Origin: Schizochytrium sp. TIO01
Lineage: Eukaryota; Protista; Bigyra: Labyrinthulomycetes
DNA length: 64,000 nt
Assembly: GCA_004764695.1 (NCBI GenBank)
Contig: SMSO01000031.1
Coordinates: forward strand, 7,112,761 to 7,176,760
Direction of reading: 5' to 3'
Position numbers and translations under genes: made by a program. Positions 59,174-64,000 of this stretch are shown piece after piece. The notes under the pieces are model-generated. The model had not been told where the DNA came from. It made no database searches and saw only the letters and a list, made by a program, of their open reading frames with translations. The first letter of the stretch is position 1; each line of letters opens with the position of its first letter.

Positions 59174-62100
59174 ATGCAGCAAACTAAACAAAATAACGCA
59201 ACCATTCGGGCATCTGTGAGCGATGGAGCTCTCTTAGGTAATGACGATGTTGTAAGCCGAGCAAGCAACCGATCAGAGCTTGTCTATCCAAACAATTCAC
59301 TCGCTATAAAGGCTAGCGACGAGTGCAGTAGAGACACAAACAGCAACGACCGAATCAGCTCTAAAGTCCATGTGCAAAATGTGGCTGATGCTTTGCGCAG
59401 GACCTTAGGAACTATTGACTTTCACACACAAAATGAAGATATTGAGCATATATGTGGGCCTTATTCTGTTATTGAGGACTTCCAGAGAAGCAAACATCAC
59501 AAATGGTACCGGTCGAGGCTACACACAACCTTTATGATCCTTGCCGTAACAATGTGTCATGTAGTTTTCGTTCCTGTAAGACTTGCTTTTGTATTGCCAC
59601 ATGTCCAAAGCTGGTCATATTCTGCTTTACTTCTTTGGATTGCATCTGAGGCAGTCACATTGGATGTGGCAACGATGTGGGAAGCATACATATGTCGGAA
59701 GAGATCACGCAAATCCAGCTTTATAGAAAACTTATTCACTTTCGCTACACAGGCTCCTTTCGAGCTATTATGCATCTTCGCTGTTGCGAAGGATGTACAG
59801 ACTTTTTTTATTGCCTGGTCTTATGCTAGGTTATCCAAGATCTTATTACTCGCCCGATCATCGGAGTTCTATCAAGCGTTAAACTTTTCTTGTCCTGTTG
59901 AGGCGAGAGCTAGTCGACGTTGTTTGTACATATTGTGTATAAGTATCACATCGGCACATGTTCTTGCCTGTGGTTGGTATAGTCTTGGCGTGGCTTCTCT
60001 ATGCGATGATGGTGCCTCGCCCGATGCATACTCTTGGAAGTCGTATGACTGGGGCATGTGTAAGTCTTTGGAAGAGTGTTCGTCTTGTATCTCTATATCA
60101 GGACAATACGTGCGAAGTATGTATTGGGCATTGTCAACGATCTCAACAGTGGGATATGGCGATATCGTTCCCAAGAGCATAGGTGAAACTGTCTTTGCCT
60201 TATGTGCAGAAATAATTGGCATTGTTGTTTATGTACTTTTGCTGTCGAGCGTTACTTCTTTCGTGAGCAATAAAGATGCTGCTCGGCTTGCATATAATCG
60301 CAAAATACATCGTCTCAACAAGTTTTGCCAGGCGTATGGGGTCTCTAGTCATGTGGAAGGAAAAGTTATGAGATACTTTGAGCTTGTGTGGCAGCAGTCA
60401 AACGGATTTGAGATAGACCTGCTGATGGAGCAACTACCTCGAAAGTTGCGCTCCAACATTCTTTTTACATTGTATGGACATATTTTTACACAAACGGCTG
60501 TTTTCCAAGGCTGCGATACCGCATTTGCGCGAATCATCTTCCAGCGTGCTCGTATGATTACCTTTGCATCTGGAGAGGGCATTTTCCGAAGAGGAGAACA
60601 AGCCAATGCACTCTATGGTATTTGCTGTGGGCTTATTTGGATGGAGCACGAGGCTGTTGCCAGTGCAGAGCGTGTTTCCCTAGAGGCGTCAGACGGGGTC
60701 CTAATTGGGCACACAGAAATGTTAGCTCGAAAACCGTACACCTCAACTGCCCACGTGAAGAGTAGTGGTCTTGCTGAAGTTTTCCAGATTTTGTGGACTG
60801 ACTTTGAGCAGCATGCCCAATATTTCCTCTCCCTGAGAAGTCTAGAAGAACAGGCAGAATTATCGCTTGAGAATGGGGAGTGGATGATCCCTTACACTCA
60901 ATGTGGTCGAGTTAGGCTCAGTCCTGACGATGTTGATCGGATTAGAGCAAGAATGGAAGTAGAAGCAAAGCAAGCCCACATTCAAAGCTTCAACATGAAG
61001 AAAAAACAGGATGAAGCTTTGTCTATGATTTTTGAAGCCCCAGCGCCAAAAGCAAACAGCCAAACCTCTTTTAAAATAAGTCGAGCCAGGGCAGCAACCC
61101 CTATTGATGGGTTTGGAAGCCCTGGAAGTCCAGGAAGCCCAGGAAGTCCACGACTAGTCTCACAAGGAAGCACGAACAAACTTGTATACGAGTTCCCACT
61201 TCAGAAAATGCGAAGTCGTGAGGCTTCGATGGCTGTTGAAGCAGTGTTATCTGGGATGATCACTCAGAAATTGTCTCGCTTTGATGATCTGACAGATCAT
61301 TCCTTTGCTGCAAGCTCGCAGCGCCGTGCAATAGTACTATCATGCCTACGCATACTTGGCGTCATGATATATCTCATACAGGTGCCTCTCAATATCGGAA
61401 TGGAGCATTCATTGAACTACCACGGAGTCGTTGTCTTTGCGTATTTTGTTGATGTCTTTTACCTTCTCGATTGCATAACTACAGCTCATTTGCTACGTCG
61501 TCAATGGCCTTTGCTGACTGAACAAGCTCAAAAACGTGCAAAAGAAGCTCAGTTTATTGACATTGTAAGCCTCGTCCCAATTGATGTTATTTTCGCAATC
61601 ATTGCTGCCGACCAGTGGACTGTCTGGGCAATCTCTCGGCTGAGCAGATGTTTAAAAGTCAAACGTATCAGCAACTACACTGACAGCCTCTTGCGGTTAA
61701 TTGATCCAAAGAAGGCACGAACTTACTCTGGATATCGGTCTTCAGTAGAACTTGGAATATCTTCACTTTTGTGTTGCATATGGCTGGCCTCCTTTTGGGC
61801 GCTTTTTAGTCAAGAGGCGACTATGGCACGAGGTTTCGGTGCATGGTCTCTAACAGTTTCAGAAACAGATGGAATCGAGAATAATCAAGGGAGTTTCTAC
61901 TGGGCTATCATGACATTGACTACAGTTGGATATGGAGATGTGGCTGCAATCACAGTAGCAGAAAGTATATTTTCAATCATTGCAATCATCATTGCTGCTT
62001 TGGGACTCTACCCCATTATCGTCGCAAACATTTCTGTCATCCACGGAGAGGCGGCAGAGACGAACCAAATCACTCTTCGATCATTGAGGAATAAACCAAC

Positions 62101-64000
62101 CAAGAATGTGCTTGTCGAGCGAACGAAGGCCTGTAAGCTTCTTATCAGCCAAGATGATTTGTTCAACGGGCTTAATGCGTATCTTACGCATGTCGAAGAG
62201 CAAGAGTTTGACACAAGAGAAGTATTTGCAGACTTACCTCCATGGCTTGCGCGAAAGGTTGCGTTTGAGCTCTATGGATCTTTATTGCGTGGAAATGCTT
62301 CCTGCCAAGATGTTAAATCTCAACAAACTGCTAGAGTAATGCCATCTGATCGGATAAATCGTTCCATCTCTGGTAACAAACTATTCAAAAATGTAGGAGC
62401 CGCCTTCCTTGCCGAGGTTTGTGTGAGTCTAAGAGTGGAGTTTGGAGTTGCTGGTTCTGTTCTCATAAGCGCAGGCCAGGAAGCTTCAAATGCATATTTT
62501 CTCGTGGATGGTCTTGTCCAGGCTCACGAAAATGGACAAAAAGGATTTGGTGGACCTGGATCTTACTTTGGATTTGAGGACATCATTTGTTCGCGCGCTT
62601 ACACGAGCTCAGTAAAAGTTCTTGAGCAATCTATGTTTCTTTGCATCTCGAAGGAAGACTTCACTCAAGCACTTGCAAAATTTCCAGAAGATGGAACCGC
62701 ACTTACGAATATCTGCCAGAGAAACTTTCGACGGCGGCCAAGTGACCAGCACAGGGGCTTGAGTACACAGTCTTCAACGTCAAATATGCTTCAATCTTCT
62801 TCGCGACGAAGCTCAAACTCGAACCACGAAGCTCCAAGAATGCCAGCAGGAACTCAACATCGAAGATGCAGCGAGGCCAATGTTACGTATCACGCGAGCT
62901 TGTTTACACAGTTCAATAAAAGACGTTATGTCGTTCTCCCTCTGACACCTTTACGCCGTAAACTCGAGGTTTTGTCTACACTTGTAACAACTCTGTTACA
63001 AATGCTTATTCCACTGGGCATAGGAACCGTAGCATCAAGTTCTTGCACAATAACTCATGATCCCTGGATTGAGACTCTTCTGTCGCTCAATGCCTTCGGA
63101 GACATTCATGGCATCCTTGATATGATCTTGCATGCATTCTTTATGGCAGATCGCGACCAGAACATGCTGATTGTTGACGCAAGAACCATTTTAAAGCGGT
63201 ACGTACGGAGTAGAAAAGGGTTGATTGATTTTCTTTCATGCGTGCCGATTGATTGGTTATACCTGGCTGCACATGGTGTCTCTGGTAATCTCCACATTGC
63301 TATGCTGATTCGCCTCTTGAAGCTCGTTCGTTTGTTTGAGCTGCAGCGGCACCTGCTAATTCTGGGGCAAATTCTGGATCGGTTCAGACTCAAACATGCA
63401 ACTGTTGAGCTTGTGAGGCTTCTTCTTGTTTTAGTTGTTTTTTCGCATTGGCTGACGTGTATATGGATGCGGTTTTCGAATGTTGACTGGCTTTCTGAGA
63501 ATTGGGCAAGAGAAGATTGTACACTTTCCAATTCATGTTTTGATAATTTAGCAAATGTACATACGTCCAACCAAACTGCATGTAATGCGTTTCGCTCTGA
63601 AAGACTGTATTTACGGGGTCTTTATTGGACCTTGGTAACCCTCAATACAGTAGGATTCGGGGATATTGTACCAACTAACCCGGGCGAGATGCTTTTTGTG
63701 ATTATGGTTATGATTTTGGGAGCAGCGATGTATGCCTTACTTATTGCAGGACTGGCTAGTATTGTGGCGAGTCTGGACCAAACGGCGACGAACCATAAGC
63801 AGTGGAGAGAAGACCTGCAAAGAATGATTTCTGCGCGGGGCCTCCCACAGTCCATAAGGGACAAAGTTCTCTCTTTTGCAGACCAGATGTGGCGTTTCCA
63901 AAGAGGTGGGAGTGTCGAAGATGTAGTGCGCTTCATTCCTCAAAATTTGCAAAGTAGTCTGCTGAAGCAAATGGAAGACGAACAGTTATCTAAAGTTTCA
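59174..64000 (+). CDS. Concatenated multi-repeat cyclic-nucleotide-gated K+ channel (CNGK/tetraKCNG-like), 3-prime truncated by the window
   Basis: My manual translation is open from ATG 59174 to the window end (previous in-frame stop 59108-59110). Three S1-S6 units with filters TVGYGD (60146), TVGYGD (61922) and TVGFGD (63647), each followed by a C-linker; two CNBDs are complete. Confidence 0.92.
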   Translation, partial: MQQTKQNNATIRASVSDGALLGNDDVVSRASNRSELVYPNNSLAIKASDECSRDTNSNDRISSKVHVQNVADALRRTLGTIDFHTQNEDIEHICGPYSVIEDFQRSKHHKWYRSRLHTTFMILAVTMCHVVFVPVRLAFVLPHVQSWSYSALLLWIASEAVTLDVATMWEAYICRKRSRKSSFIENLFTFATQAPFELLCIFAVAKDVQTFFIAWSYARLSKILLLARSSEFYQALNFSCPVEARASRRCLYILCISITSAHVLACGWYSLGVASLCDDGASPDAYSWKSYDWGMCKSLEECSSCISISGQYVRSMYWALSTISTVGYGDIVPKSIGETVFALCAEIIGIVVYVLLLSSVTSFVSNKDAARLAYNRKIHRLNKFCQAYGVSSHVEGKVMRYFELVWQQSNGFEIDLLMEQLPRKLRSNILFTLYGHIFTQTAVFQGCDTAFARIIFQRARMITFASGEGIFRRGEQANALYGICCGLIWMEHEAVASAERVSLEASDGVLIGHTEMLARKPYTSTAHVKSSGLAEVFQILWTDFEQHAQYFLSLRSLEEQAELSLENGEWMIPYTQCGRVRLSPDDVDRIRARMEVEAKQAHIQSFNMKKKQDEALSMIFEAPAPKANSQTSFKISRARAATPIDGFGSPGSPGSPGSPRLVSQGSTNKLVYEFPLQKMRSREASMAVEAVLSGMITQKLSRFDDLTDHSFAASSQRRAIVLSCLRILGVMIYLIQVPLNIGMEHSLNYHGVVVFAYFVDVFYLLDCITTAHLLRRQWPLLTEQAQKRAKEAQFIDIVSLVPIDVIFAIIAADQWTVWAISRLSRCLKVKRISNYTDSLLRLIDPKKARTYSGYRSSVELGISSLLCCIWLASFWALFSQEATMARGFGAWSLTVSETDGIENNQGSFYWAIMTLTTVGYGDVAAITVAESIFSIIAIIIAALGLYPIIVANISVIHGEAAETNQITLRSLRNKPTKNVLVERTKACKLLISQDDLFNGLNAYLTHVEEQEFDTREVFADLPPWLARKVAFELYGSLLRGNASCQDVKSQQTARVMPSDRINRSISGNKLFKNVGAAFLAEVCVSLRVEFGVAGSVLISAGQEASNAYFLVDGLVQAHENGQKGFGGPGSYFGFEDIICSRAYTSSVKVLEQSMFLCISKEDFTQALAKFPEDGTALTNICQRNFRRRPSDQHRGLSTQSSTSNMLQSSSRRSSNSNHEAPRMPAGTQHRRCSEANVTYHASLFTQFNKRRYVVLPLTPLRRKLEVLSTLVTTLLQMLIPLGIGTVASSSCTITHDPWIETLLSLNAFGDIHGILDMILHAFFMADRDQNMLIVDARTILKRYVRSRKGLIDFLSCVPIDWLYLAAHGVSGNLHIAMLIRLLKLVRLFELQRHLLILGQILDRFRLKHATVELVRLLLVLVVFSHWLTCIWMRFSNVDWLSENWAREDCTLSNSCFDNLANVHTSNQTACNAFRSERLYLRGLYWTLVTLNTVGFGDIVPTNPGEMLFVIMVMILGAAMYALLIAGLASIVASLDQTATNHKQWREDLQRMISARGLPQSIRDKVLSFADQMWRFQRGGSVEDVVRFIPQNLQSSLLKQMEDEQLSKVS

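Noticed and set aside
58927-63970. Short minus-strand ORFs listed in the track at the window end
   Set aside because: They are shadows of the long plus-strand channel ORF.

Overview
Eukaryotic nuclear DNA with almost intronless genes, AT-rich spacers and dense simple-sequence repeats. Gene content and style suggest a stramenopile protist, most plausibly a thraustochytrid (Labyrinthulomycetes); this is inference, not a database match. In order, the window holds: a TM-HET/TIR-like-TPR protein ending in a receiver-like domain; a decayed non-LTR retroelement; a ~12 kb microsatellite-rich stretch with only gene relics; a mitochondrial type II isocitrate dehydrogenase with the NAD-type Asp-Met signature and an EF-hand; an NDP-rhamnose epimerase/reductase with two frameshifts; and a small ER membrane protein. 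Next come nine tRNA-Gly(GCC) genes, all with T at discriminator position 73, surrounding an orphan multi-pass membrane ORF. These are followed by an LRR protein, primase large subunit, a pseudogene, a GABA-B-like class C GPCR, eIF5A, a coiled-coil protein, a Puf4/5-type Pumilio protein and a ketohexokinase-like kinase with one frameshift. Finally, a >1600-codon ORF that is absent from the supplied track runs off the window end and encodes a concatenated (at least 3 repeats) cyclic-nucleotide-gated K+ channel of the CNGK type. The best candidates for new biology are the U73 tRNA-Gly cluster, the HET/TIR-TPR-pseudo-receiver protein and the multi-repeat CNGK channel.
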